From positions 768,001 through 832,000 of the forward strand of contig OZ255726.1 in assembly GCA_965277405.1 (NCBI GenBank): 64,000 nt of DNA, given 5' to 3'. A model generated the notes under the pieces. That model was not told the DNA's origin and searched no databases. It saw only the letters and a list, made by a program, of their open reading frames with translations. The position numbers and the translations under genes are program-made. Positions within the stretch are counted from its first letter, which is position 1. Each line of letters begins with the position of its first letter. This DNA is from Gammaproteobacteria bacterium (GTDB lineage: Bacteria; Pseudomonadota; Gammaproteobacteria; G965277405). This document shows, piece by piece, positions 12,481 to 22,772 of this stretch.

Positions 12481-13614
12481 TCACAGGATAATTGCGTATT
12501 GCGCAATGACATCACGGTCAATCTCGATACCCAGCCCTGGTCCATTAGGGATATTGACAATACCGTTAATATGTTCAATCGGTTGTTTTATAATCGTTTG
12601 ACGAAATGGATTATGAGTCCGATCAAATTCGAATATCGGTGCAATAGGGTTTTGTCGTGGTGGGTCAGGTAATAATGAAGCAATAAATTGTAAACTCGCA
12701 GCAATTTGCACCGCGGTCCCCCATACATGAGGCACTAATCGAATACCGTGTAACGTTGCTATATCAGCAATACGCCGCATTTCAGTAAAGCCACCTGATC
12801 CACATAAATCAGGTTGTGCGATATCGACACAGCCAGTTTTCAATGCTTCATGAAAGGCAAATCTCCCTTGCCATGTTTCACCCCCAGCTACTGGGATGGG
12901 CTGACCTGCACGTACTGCACGATAGGCTGTTAACAATTCTGGTACTACTGGTTCCTCCAACCAATCTATATCATATTGAGCGGCAGCATTGCCTAATGTG
13001 ATGGCTTCGCGAACCGTATAGCCATGATTAGCATCTACCATTAATCGTGCATCACAACCAATAACTTCTCGAACAGCGCAAATCACGTCTAAATCTTCCA
13101 AAACTCCAAAGCCAATTTTAATTTTAACCGCGTGAAAACCAGCGTTGATATGTGCTGCACATTCCTGTGCGCAATCGCGGACACGGTCAACCCCATCTCG
13201 GCGAAATGACCCTGTGGCGTACGCGCGTACGCTTTCACGGACGCGCCCACCTAATAAAGTAGAAATAGGTACATTAAAATGCTTGCCTTTAATATCCCAT
13301 AATGCTACATCAATCCCAGAGAGTGCGGTGATGGTTAGGCCGCGTTGCCCTTGGTCGCGTAATGTATTGTAAAGATCTAGCCATATCACTTCATTATCTA
13401 GAGGGTTTCTCCCTATTAAATGTTGAGAATATACCTTTACTACCGCAGCATTTGGACCGGCTGGCCCAAGACATTCGCCCCATCCAATAGTTCCATCATC
13501 GCAAGTAATTTCAACTAACATATGTTGACGACTGCTAAATCGCGTAGCAGCACTTTCAAAAGGGGTGCTTAATTTGTATTCAAGTATATGGGTGTTAACT
13601 TTACAAATTTTCAT
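12481..13614 (-). CDS. gci: D-galactarolactone cycloisomerase-like enolase-superfamily enzyme
   Basis: Closely follows Agrobacterium Gci (GWGECLGPA, LRDQGQRGL, KIKIGFG, DANHGY, EEP, EFDRTHNPFRQ); udh in the same cluster. Confidence 0.8.
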   Translation of the reverse strand: MKICKVNTHILEYKLSTPFESAATRFSSRQHMLVEITCDDGTIGWGECLGPAGPNAAVVKVYSQHLIGRNPLDNEVIWLDLYNTLRDQGQRGLTITALSGIDVALWDIKGKHFNVPISTLLGGRVRESVRAYATGSFRRDGVDRVRDCAQECAAHINAGFHAVKIKIGFGVLEDLDVICAVREVIGCDARLMVDANHGYTVREAITLGNAAAQYDIDWLEEPVVPELLTAYRAVRAGQPIPVAGGETWQGRFAFHEALKTGCVDIAQPDLCGSGGFTEMRRIADIATLHGIRLVPHVWGTAVQIAASLQFIASLLPDPPRQNPIAPIFEFDRTHNPFRQTIIKQPIEHINGIVNIPNGPGLGIEIDRDVIAQYAIIL

Positions 13615-13670
13615 TATCTAAAGTTTCTCTACTGAGGAAAATTGCTACATTCATCTGCGCGTAGTTTCTA

Positions 13671-14423
13671 CTATTTTGCAGTATTCGTTTTGTTTTTTTG
13701 ATAAATACGTAATAATTTTCGATAGCGATTTTGCCCGCCTTTTAAATGTGTTCGCATGGTCTTACGCGCGAGCAGCGGATTTTTTGCTGCTAGTGCATCG
13801 GCAATCTGTCGATGCTCTGTACTGAGTTGTTTGGTATAATCTATGACTACTTGTTCACTAAAATTAACTAATAACCGTGCTCTTGGTATAGCATCAGCCC
13901 CCATCATTGCAAGGATTTTCCTAAACCATGGGTTGTTTGTGGCTTCTGCAATTAACGTGTGAAAGCGAAAATCTAGTACGCTTGAGGATTTATCCGTAAT
14001 GTTTGCTTGTTCCATTGCATACAAACATTCAAAAATAGCTTCTTCTTGCGCTGGTGACCGTCGTACAGCTGCTATGGCAACGGCTTCAATTTCAATCGCT
14101 GCACGGAACTCTAACATTTCCAATGTGCTGGATAAATTTTCTGGGTGACCTATACTAATTGATGTAGCGGTAACACGCTCTTTAGTATTAATAACATACG
14201 TTCCTGAACCTTTTTTGGTGTCGATTAATCCCTCGGTTCGTAACGCAGCAATGGTTTCTCTAATAACGGTGCGCGACACATTGTATGTTTTGCATAACTT
14301 CGCCTCGCTAGGTAATTTATGCCCGACCGTTAAGCTGCCACCAGATATAACAGTTCTTAGTTCGTTGGCAACTGATTGGACTAAATTACCCTGATTACTA
14401 AATCCTGTTTTTTGATTTGTCAT
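13671..14423 (-). CDS. GntR/FadR-family transcriptional regulator
   Basis: KLPSEAKL...VSRTVIRE wHTH; FCD domain with DFRFH and EH motifs. Confidence 0.92.
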   Translation of the reverse strand: MTNQKTGFSNQGNLVQSVANELRTVISGGSLTVGHKLPSEAKLCKTYNVSRTVIRETIAALRTEGLIDTKKGSGTYVINTKERVTATSISIGHPENLSSTLEMLEFRAAIEIEAVAIAAVRRSPAQEEAIFECLYAMEQANITDKSSSVLDFRFHTLIAEATNNPWFRKILAMMGADAIPRARLLVNFSEQVVIDYTKQLSTEHRQIADALAAKNPLLARKTMRTHLKGGQNRYRKLLRIYQKNKTNTAK

Positions 14424-14527
14424 GCCGTTTTACTTTGCAGAGTTTCACAAATCTTGTGAAAACATAGTGTGTATTACCATAGCACAAACTGTACTAATAA
14501 CTACTGAATAACAATAATCTATCATAT

Positions 14528-14560
14528 AGCTTGACAAGCTGTCATACAACTCCTTAGCAT
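14528..14560 (+). promoter_or_regulatory. Sigma70 promoter overlapped by a palindromic candidate GntR/FadR operator
   Basis: TTGACA (14531)-18 nt-TAGCAT; palindrome AGCTTG-A-CAAGCT and adjacent TGTCATACAA; second IR TTTCACAA-ATC-TTGTGAAA at 14443-14461. Confidence 0.6.
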
Positions 14561-14639
14561 TGTTACTAATCAAGTATTGTATTCAGTCATCAGAGAACTA
14601 TTGCTTGATTTATTTTTATTAACCAAGGAGAGATTGACA

Positions 14640-15617
14640 ATGCTTAAAGTTAAACTAAAAAAATCAGTTGCCTTAGCGGTTATGATTGCATTTGTAGTAT
14701 CACCAGTAGTAGCAAAAGAATTAAAAGGTTGGAACATTCATCCACCAGGATACCCGGTCACTGTTGCAATGGAGTCATTTAGCGCAGCAATAACTAAGGC
14801 GACAAATGGTAAATTAAAAGCGAAGACGTATAATTCAGGGTTACTAGGAAACCAGAACCAAGCTATCCAGCAAATTCAACTTGGCGGTATTGATTTTGCC
14901 GTATTTAACCTAGTACCACTGAACAATATTGTTGCTGAAACGCAACTTGCAACCCTACCTTATGTGTTTAGATCGATGGATCATATGCACAGAGTAATGG
15001 ATGGGAAAATTGGTGATGAAATTGGTGATGCTTTAGCAAAGCATAATATGATTGCACTCGCCTGGTATGATAGTGGGGCGCGCTCTTTGTATTCAAAATA
15101 CAAGTTGAACTCAATCACAGACTTGAAAGGACTAAAATTCCGCGTCCAAAATTCAGATATGAATGCAGCAATGATTGAGGCGCTTGGAGCAAGTGCGACA
15201 ACTATTCCATATGGTGAAGTATATACGTCCATCCAATCTGGCTTGATCGATGGTGCTGAAAACAATTGGCCGTCGTATCAAAGTAGCGGTCATTACGAAG
15301 TTGCAAAAAATTACTTGCTTGACGGGCATGCGATTGTCCCAGAGGTTTTTGCAATGAATAAATCAGTCTGGGATTCTCTCAGTATTGCTGATAAAAAAAC
15401 TGTTCGTAGCGCCGCTAGAGACAGTGCCGTATTACAGCGCAAACTATGGAAGGAACAAGTGGAAAAGTCAGAAAAAATTGTTCGTGCCAGTGGTGTAAAA
15501 GTTGTCGAAGTCAAAGATAAAACCCAGTTCATTAATGCAATGAAACCAGTCTACGATAAGTTTGTTACCACAACTAACATGAGAGACATGCTCCAGCGAA
15601 TCCAAGACACTAAGTAA
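14640..15617 (+). CDS. dctP: TRAP transporter substrate-binding protein
   Basis: Signal peptide; DLKGLKFRV and GLIDGAENN motifs; AAGGAG RBS. Confidence 0.9.
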   Translation: MLKVKLKKSVALAVMIAFVVSPVVAKELKGWNIHPPGYPVTVAMESFSAAITKATNGKLKAKTYNSGLLGNQNQAIQQIQLGGIDFAVFNLVPLNNIVAETQLATLPYVFRSMDHMHRVMDGKIGDEIGDALAKHNMIALAWYDSGARSLYSKYKLNSITDLKGLKFRVQNSDMNAAMIEALGASATTIPYGEVYTSIQSGLIDGAENNWPSYQSSGHYEVAKNYLLDGHAIVPEVFAMNKSVWDSLSIADKKTVRSAARDSAVLQRKLWKEQVEKSEKIVRASGVKVVEVKDKTQFINAMKPVYDKFVTTTNMRDMLQRIQDTK

Positions 15618-15806
15618 TCTCGACAGCTAAAATCAAGGAAGTTCTGACTCATTAATGAGGGATAAGCAGTGCGATAATGGTTGAATGCAAACGATATAAT
15701 TTTTAAGCAACGTCACACAATTAACTGGGTAATAAGACTTCTTAAGGGCGCGTTCTTGATGAATTCGTAACGTGCTCTTACATTATGGCTCTTACATTAT
15801 GGAAGG

Positions 15807-16319
15807 TTGCTTAAAATGAGATTTAGATTATTGGATTACTTGAGTAAATTATTTTTTATTCTAGGAGGAATCGCTTTGGTGGTACTCATCGCCATAATCA
15901 ACTGGTCTGTTTGGTGGCGTTATGTATTAAATAATCCGCGAACATGGACAGAGCAGCTTGCATTATTATTAGTTTTAGTCGTCGTATTACCGATTAGTGC
16001 AATTGGTTTACGAGAAAATACACACCTTAACATTGAATTGATTACTAATAAACTACCTCACAAGGCTCAAAAAGTTGTTGATATTATTAATAGTATTGTC
16101 TTATTATTTTTTGGAATAGCTATGATATTATATTCTCTTCCTCTCGTTAAACTAACCCTGTCCCAAAAAATACCATTACTTGGCGTTTCTCAAAGTTGGC
16201 AATATGTACCATTAATGGTTACTGGTGCATTAATTTCTATTTTTATGATTGAGAAATTGTGGTTTTCAATCATTGCTACAACTCAAATAACTCGAGCGCA
16301 GAAAAGTCGATGGAAATAG
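15807..16319 (+). CDS. dctQ: TRAP transporter small permease
   Basis: 4 TM; RYVLNNPRTWTEQLA and ENTHLNIE motifs. Confidence 0.88.
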   Translation: MLKMRFRLLDYLSKLFFILGGIALVVLIAIINWSVWWRYVLNNPRTWTEQLALLLVLVVVLPISAIGLRENTHLNIELITNKLPHKAQKVVDIINSIVLLFFGIAMILYSLPLVKLTLSQKIPLLGVSQSWQYVPLMVTGALISIFMIEKLWFSIIATTQITRAQKSRWK

Positions 16320-17596
16320 GACTCATTATTTTATTTGCCACCTTTACTATAACGATGGCACTTGGCATGCCAATCGCTTTTGCGTTAGGAGTAGCTGCAC
16401 TTATTACAGCATTTGTAGCGGGCGTTCCCCCACCTATTGTTTTTCAGCAAATGGTTGGTGGAATAAATGTCTTTTCTTTACTAGCCATTCCATTCTTTAT
16501 TTTTGCTGGTGAATTAATGATGCGCGGGGGGATTGCCATGCGTTTAGTTCGATTTGCTGAATCAATCGTCGGTCAAATGCGTGGGGGATTAGGTGTCGTC
16601 AGTGTATTATCTTCAATGTTGTTTGGTGGTATTTCAGGTTCGGCAGTTGCCGATACTTCAGCGATCGGCTCTACGATGATTCCAATGATGAAGAAGAAGA
16701 ATTATGATGCGGACTACGCAGTCAACGTCACCGTGACCGCTTCGATAGCAGGCGTCATGATCCCACCAAGTCACAATATGATTTTGTATGCATTAGCTGC
16801 TGGTGGTGGAATTTCCATATCATCATTATTTATGGCAGGAATTATTCCAGGAATAATCATGTGTTTATGCTTGGCAGTTTCTGCGTATGCTGTAGCTATA
16901 AAACGTGGCTATCCATCATCGCGATTCGCTGGTTATAAAACTATTCTAAAAACTGCGGTGTCTGCTATTCCTGGACTATTAACAGGAGTAGTAATCATTG
17001 GTGGTGCCCTATCTGGGGTTTTTACAGTTACTGAATCCGCAGCCATTGGTGTCATGTATGCCTTATTTGTCACGACCTACATTTATCGTTCACTTTCAAT
17101 TATAGATTTTGTGTTATGTGTAAGAGAATCTATTCGAACAACTGCAATGGTGATGGTATTAATTGGTACAGCATCAGCATTTGCTTATTTTTTATCATTA
17201 TACGAAGTACCAAGCATTATATTAAGATTGCTACTGAGCATTAGCGAAAACAAAATTATTTTGTTATTACTCATTAATGTCTCCTTATTAATCCTTGGTA
17301 CTTTTATGGACATGGGTCCGCTGATCCTAATTTGCACACCTATCTTCTTACCTGTTGTAGAAAAAATTGGTATGGACCCGGTCCAGTTTGGCATGGTACT
17401 CATGATGAATCTGGGATTAGGCTTGACCACCCCTCCTGTCGGTGGCTGTTTATTCATTGGCTGTTCTATCGGCAAAACGCGCATTGAAGATGTTGTTAAA
17501 ACCATTTTTCCATTTTACCTTGCGATTGTTGTTGCACTCATGTTAACAACATTTATTCCATTTATTTCTTTAGCATTACCTAATATATTTAAATAA
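16310..17596 (+). CDS. dctM: TRAP transporter large permease
   Basis: LLAIPFFIFAG, GISGSAVAD, IPPS and GLTTPPVG motifs. Confidence 0.92.
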   Translation: MEIGLIILFATFTITMALGMPIAFALGVAALITAFVAGVPPPIVFQQMVGGINVFSLLAIPFFIFAGELMMRGGIAMRLVRFAESIVGQMRGGLGVVSVLSSMLFGGISGSAVADTSAIGSTMIPMMKKKNYDADYAVNVTVTASIAGVMIPPSHNMILYALAAGGGISISSLFMAGIIPGIIMCLCLAVSAYAVAIKRGYPSSRFAGYKTILKTAVSAIPGLLTGVVIIGGALSGVFTVTESAAIGVMYALFVTTYIYRSLSIIDFVLCVRESIRTTAMVMVLIGTASAFAYFLSLYEVPSIILRLLLSISENKIILLLLINVSLLILGTFMDMGPLILICTPIFLPVVEKIGMDPVQFGMVLMMNLGLGLTTPPVGGCLFIGCSIGKTRIEDVVKTIFPFYLAIVVALMLTTFIPFISLALPNIFK

Positions 17597-17632
17597 ATAT
17601 TTAAATATACTATATACATATGAAGTCTTATT

Positions 17633-18436
17633 ATGCTTAAAAAATTATTAGTAACTGGTGCTGCTGGTGGAATAGGTCAGATGCTGATTGAACAATTGGG
17701 TAGCGTCGCTGACAGCATTCGTTACAGTGACATCGTGATTCCTGCAAAAATGCCTTCAGCCATTGAGTTTGTACAATGTGATTTATGTGACCAGGAGTCA
17801 CTCAATAATATAATCAATGGCTGTGATGGTATTTTACACCTTGGTGGCATATCAGTTGAAAATACTTTTAATGCTATTCTCCAGGCTAATATTATTGGTA
17901 TACACAATTTATATGAATCAGCACGAAAAAATGGATATCCGCGTATTTTTTTAGCAAGTTCAAATCATGTTGTCGGGTTCTATCATCAAAATGAGAAATT
18001 AGACCACCATTCGTCACATCTCCCTGATTCATGGTACGGTGTTTCTAAATCATTTGCAGAAGCTGTTGCCTTGATGTATTTCCACAAATATGGTCAAGAA
18101 ACTGCAATAGTGCGCATAGGATCTTGCTTGCAAGAACCCAAAGATCACCGCATGTTGTCAACGTGGTTATCGGTCGCTGATTTTATCTCGCTAGTTGGCT
18201 GCGTGTTTAACGTATCTCGATTAGGTTGTCCAATTATTTACGGCATGTCTAACAACCACAGCACATGGTGGGACAATTCTGGCGTCGCCTACCTCGGTTG
18301 GCGACCAAAAGACAACTCTGAGCAGTTTAGAAAAAGAATCAACGCTACCGTACAATTACCCGATAAAGATGACCCGGCTGCATTGTATCAAGGAGGCATG
18401 TTTGCGACCAATCCCATTATTGTGGACAAACCTTAA
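17633..18436 (+). CDS. udh: Uronate dehydrogenase
   Basis: TGAAG, HLGGISVE, ASSNH, YGVSK, RMLSTWLS and WWDNS as in Agrobacterium/Pseudomonas Udh. Confidence 0.85.
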   Translation: MLKKLLVTGAAGGIGQMLIEQLGSVADSIRYSDIVIPAKMPSAIEFVQCDLCDQESLNNIINGCDGILHLGGISVENTFNAILQANIIGIHNLYESARKNGYPRIFLASSNHVVGFYHQNEKLDHHSSHLPDSWYGVSKSFAEAVALMYFHKYGQETAIVRIGSCLQEPKDHRMLSTWLSVADFISLVGCVFNVSRLGCPIIYGMSNNHSTWWDNSGVAYLGWRPKDNSEQFRKRINATVQLPDKDDPAALYQGGMFATNPIIVDKP

Positions 18437-18670
18437 GGAATCTCTGAACAATTCACTACATTTGATTTTCTCGACGCATCAATGTTCAAAACAATAAATT
18501 CACAAGCTGAGAAGCAGTTTTTGTGCACTTTGTATTGTTTTTCATGAGTTGTTGCTGAAGTTCCTATGTTTTGGACGCACTAACCCTGTGTTTGCGACAA
18601 ATACTTGTGAGCCCAGCTACCATGAATCTGGAAAATTTGTCTCGCAGATCATGGGCTTAATCAGTGGTCC
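18437..18670 (-). mobile_element. Chimeric relic: IS5-B right end joined to a MITE-type terminus
   Basis: 18437-~18610 resembles the reverse complement of ~4195-4385; ends TCTCGCAGATCATGGGCTTAATCAGTGGTCC; starts at the udh TTAA stop. Confidence 0.7.
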
Positions 18671-18806
18671 GTAAAGCGATAATTGGACAAATTGCGCGGC
18701 AGCATTGTATCGCGCAATGTAGCGTAATATCTGCCATTTACCGTGTAAATATGTGAAATAGCTAAGCCAACGTTGCTGACAATTCTTCTTTTATGGAGAG
18801 ATGTTT

Positions 18807-19137
18807 ATGAATACGTTAAAAAACGATAGTCCCGCTGTTAGTGTTGCTGGCTTGTGTGCTCGGCAGCTCCGCAGCTTTTGCCGAAGAACAACAACACAGG
18901 ATAGGTGTCAATCTCAATAGCGCCGATGCCCAAACGATTGCGGTGTCAATTAAAGGTGTTGGACAGCAGAAAGCGCAGGCCATCGTTGCATATCGCCAGC
19001 AATATGGCGAATTTACTGATTTCTCACAACTTGAAAATATCAAAGGCATCGGCGCGAAGCTCGCACAGAAAATCAGTATGCAAGCCCACCTGATGCCAGT
19101 CTCTGCCAAACAACACGATACTAATGCGACTAATTGA
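18807..19137 (+). pseudogene. comEA: ComEA-family HhH DNA-binding protein with an apparent +1 frameshift in an A-run near the start
   Basis: VNLNSADA..IKGVGQQKAQAIVAYR...IKGIG; the RBS-linked ATG at 18807 is out of frame with the body. Confidence 0.7.
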
Positions 19138-19576
19138 TGTGCAACTCAAAGCGTCACTCAAAGCTAGCATCAGTATAACAACACTGCTCATACTTGCGCA
19201 GACATTAGTAGTATTCCAACCTTGGCCAACCAGCGTAGTAATTGTGGCAAGTGGCTGCGTTTGGCTGTATTGCATCGAACTACTGCGCCTCCATGCTTGG
19301 CTATTAGATGCAGAATCAGTGGTGCGAGTAGAACATGACCCGACCGGACATAGCGTACAATGCAGCCTACGCAATGGTGGAGTGCAAACATACAGCAAGG
19401 TACGGTTTCAATCGCTTGGTTGGTGTGTGCTGATACATTGCAGCGATGGTCAAAACAACAATGCCCCGCAGCGCAAATACGCCGCAACACCAAAGAAGCG
19501 CACACTGACGGTGTTTACTGACCAATGTATTGATCATTACCAATTGCGGATAATGGCACAATGGGGGAGCAGCTGA
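19124..19576 (+). CDS. Hypothetical membrane protein (possibly YgfX-like)
   Basis: Two N-terminal hydrophobic helices; overlaps the comEA stop. Confidence 0.5.
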   Translation: MRLIDVQLKASLKASISITTLLILAQTLVVFQPWPTSVVIVASGCVWLYCIELLRLHAWLLDAESVVRVEHDPTGHSVQCSLRNGGVQTYSKVRFQSLGWCVLIHCSDGQNNNAPQRKYAATPKKRTLTVFTDQCIDHYQLRIMAQWGSS

Positions 19577-19591
19577 TTCTGGGTCTGTTAT

Positions 19592-19890
19592 GGAACCTCT
19601 GATTAAGTCCATGATGGGCGAGACGGAGAAAAAACGCTGATGGCTGATGATTGCAAGGCGCAGTGCGCAGATAATACTGGTGGTCTTGTGGGTGTTTCCA
19701 AGTGCTGCAACGAAGTTAGCGCAGTCTTTTTCCCGTCGTTGTGTTGAATATACTTTGGGTTTGCGGCAGCGGTACTTGCTGTGTTGCATCCCTTGGCGTA
19801 TATGCTACGGCATGCACCTGCGGTTTGCGCCTGGCAATCATCAGCAATTGCAGGCAAACTCGCTCCATCAGCGACTTAATCAGCGCTTCC
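19592..19890 (-). mobile_element. MITE copy C
   Basis: Both TIRs; flanks TTAT / TTAG. Confidence 0.9.
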
Positions 19891-21716
19891 TTAGCGCAGT
19901 AGCTGCTGCACCGCTGCACTATCGCCTCCACTCCAATAGTCCCCCCAAGTAACGACAGTCCCAGCGTTGGTAAGCGCCGCAAAAGCAGAGTGATTTGCAT
20001 AGATTGCTTTAACGTCAGTCAGTAGCTGCTGCACGCTTGAACTATTGGCGCCAGACCAGTGCGCCCCCAAGTAACGACGCCCCCAGCGTTGGTCAGCGCG
20101 GCAAAAGCAGAGTCGGTTGCATAGATTGTTTTAATCTTAGTATCATTTTGACCTGCCACAACTTCGCTACTGGAGCTAGACTCACCGCCGTCATTGTTTG
20201 CGGTTATTGTGTAATAGTATGATTAATCATAACGCCCTGTATGGGTGTACGGGCTGGTTACTGGCGATATTTTGCTGCCAGATTTACCATATCCAGCGGT
20301 TGTCGCCCAATATAGATTGTATGAATCGGCATTATATACTGGATTACAACTAATGGTTATTTCTCCTCCCCTATCACCTGCTGCTGCGCTTACATTGGTT
20401 GGTGCATCTGGGGGAGTTATGATGTGTGGCTAGCCACCGTCAGCATGTGCTAGTGGAGTTTTATAATTTATTATGTCAGGAAAATTTGCAGCGAGACTTA
20501 TCTTTTTTACAAGCAGGTTTAAATTTAATTCTGCTCCTATACCTGCTTTTATTCCTCCATACAACGCCCACCACGGATTAACGCGTCTATCTGTTTCAAT
20601 GGCAATGTAACCGTTCAAATATACTTCTGGTCCAGCAATATTATAAAAAAGAAATGCTAACTCTGGACCAGCAAATACTTCTACTCTTTTAGCGCTAATA
20701 TGAATATCAGGAGGCACATAACTAAATTTGTTTTCGGTTTCTTTAAAGCTTTTCCACCCTGATCCATCTGTGTATTCCACGCCTATTTTGACTGAAGAAC
20801 TTGCTGTTCCAGACATACTTAAGTTTGTAGATACCTCTCCACTTGCTTCAAATCCTACTCCTAATCCCACTACAACTTGCAATTCAACTACTATTGTGAC
20901 TGGCATAACACCAATGAAAAGGGTTATGACCCCCAATTTTTGGGTAAAAATTGTTTTTTCTAAAGAGATAGATCCAAGTTTTAGATAATTTAATGCGTTG
21001 AAAGATATTTGTATGCTTTGTGTTGGTGTGATAGCGGCATAGTATTTTTGTAACTTCCAATCATCAATTTCTACTTTTATATCATAGTCAACAGATAACC
21101 CGATACATCCTGTTATAGCCACTCCATCAGGTAAGTTTAAGTTACCTATGTCTATTACGAAGGCAGGGTTGTGCTCTTGACAGCTGTTTCCGTTGACGAC
21201 ACGACTCTCGTTTTGCGAGAGGATTCTAACTCCACTACTGGCAGGTCTATAATTTAATGTGTTCTGTTGTGGGTTAGCTGAGGGAGGAGTAGATAGGCTG
21301 CCAGATACAGACCCTTGTCCTTTCTGGATCACGTCTGTTAGCTCTGCTTACTCTGTTTTTAACACAACCTCCCCGTCAGCGTTGGTTGTTTTGGCTACTA
21401 TCTTCCTGAGTAAGCCATATTCAGCTTTACTGTTGCTCCCCATAACGATGTAGTCATTCTCAACCACAGAAGCAAGGGTTAAACTCTGGCTCGAAAGAAC
21501 AATATCACCACTCTCGACATCAATTTCTTTAATTTCTTGCTCAGCTGTATGTGCTGCAATGACTGTCGCATTATCGGATATTTGCACTTCTGCTGATGCA
21601 GATGTTGCGCTACTGCTAGTTTCGTTACTGTTGGTTTCACTATCGCTGCTACTTCCATTGTTACAGCCTGCTATAGCTAATAGTCCTAGCGCTAAAAAAA
21701 AAATCTTTTTGTTCAT
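19891..21716 (-). pseudogene. Surface lipoprotein with an FN3 domain and RCC1/BLIP-II-like repeats; 3 in-frame stops, 1 frameshift, truncated by MITE
   Basis: Lipobox LAIAG-C; frame continues through TAA 21348, TAG 20430 and TAA 20223 into PDAPTNVSA..YNLYW..YYYTITANNDGGES (FN3) and two AFAALTNAG.VVTWG repeats. Confidence 0.75.
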
Positions 21717-21842
21717 TTACCCCCCATGAAATAAAATGTTTTCATTCTATAATAGTTGATAAAACTATATGCATTATACTCAAACACTACAATCATATTT
21801 GCAACAAATTACACAAAACAAAGGAATACATTTTCCTTCTTC

Positions 21843-22131
21843 GGAACCTCTGATCAATTCCATGATGGGCGAGACGGAGAAAAAACGCTGATGATACTTA
21901 AGCGCAGTGCGCAGATAATACTGGTGGTCTTGTGGGTGTTGCCAAGTGCTGCAACGACGTTAGCGCAGCGTTTTTCCCCGTCCTTCTGTTGAATATACAA
22001 TGGTTTGCTGCAATTGCTACGCTTGCTGTGTTGCATCCCTTGGCGTATATGCTATGGCATGCCCTTAGCGCCTTGCAATCATCAGCAATTGCCATCAAAC
22101 TCGCTCCATCAGCGAGTTAATCAGAGCTTCC
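21843..22131 (-). mobile_element. MITE copy D
   Basis: Both TIRs; flanks TTTC / TTAT. Confidence 0.9.
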
Positions 22132-22233
22132 TTATGGATATGTGCAACATATTCTTATTGATTGGGTCTATTACCAGAGCATCTCAATCGCTAGCGCGAC
22201 ACCTGATGATTATGCAGCGAAGTGCATAGTGAT

Positions 22234-22267
22234 TAGTGTCGTAGTGTCGTAGTGTCGTAGTGTCGTA
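22234..22267. repeat. 8-bp tandem repeat (TAGTGTCG)x4
   Basis: Directly visible. Confidence 0.85.
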
Positions 22268-22450
22268 TATAGTAACCAATCTAGCCATGATGTTGGCGAA
22301 TACTTGCTCTATCAAGAAGCTTCGATGCAAGCGATAACAGTACAGCCAGTTAGTAATGTAGCTGGTGTGCGTGCTGGTATGCCCATGAGCTATGCCTTGA
22401 ACATCAAGATTAGTCATGCTGTTGCAGAAAACCCCTCCATTATTACCTAA

Positions 22451-22606
22451 GGCATCTTTGAAAAACCCCCAAAAACCCTGCTAATCTGTCATAATGTTTT
22501 AACTATTGTTTTTGAGATACGTCATTTGCTGCAGATAATATCTCAACAACAATAGTCTGCAAATGATGGTAAATCAGCTAGCTTTTGGTGGTTTTTCAGA
22601 GATGCC
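22451..22606. mobile_element. 156-bp mini-element made of two inverted IS5-B left ends
   Basis: GGCATCTTTGAAAAACCCCCAAAA...TTTTGGTGGTTTTTCAGAGATGCC; both arms resemble the IS5-B left end. Confidence 0.75.
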
Positions 22607-22772
22607 TGAATAAGTAGTTGCGTTGCAGCGGACTATTTTAAGGATGTGGCAGATTTATACAACATATACAGTGATATGTGGCATTCTTATGACTTAATCA
22701 GAACTTTTAAAGTAAGTTATTGTTTTTCTGTAGGTCATTATACTGAATAATTCAAGCCCAACAGCACAGTCG

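Noticed and set aside
15637-15800. IS5-like terminus GGAAGTTCTGA, a hairpin and a 14-bp duplication between dctP and dctQ
   Set aside because: No convincing partner TIR or TSD; boundaries cannot be defined.
19895-20135. Two ~123-bp repeats as a possible CRISPR or ncRNA array
   Set aside because: They are coding RCC1-like repeats on the minus strand; no spacers or cas genes.
22132-22440. Possible metallo-beta-lactamase-fold relic (..DALVIDPI..)
   Set aside because: Too short and degraded to support.
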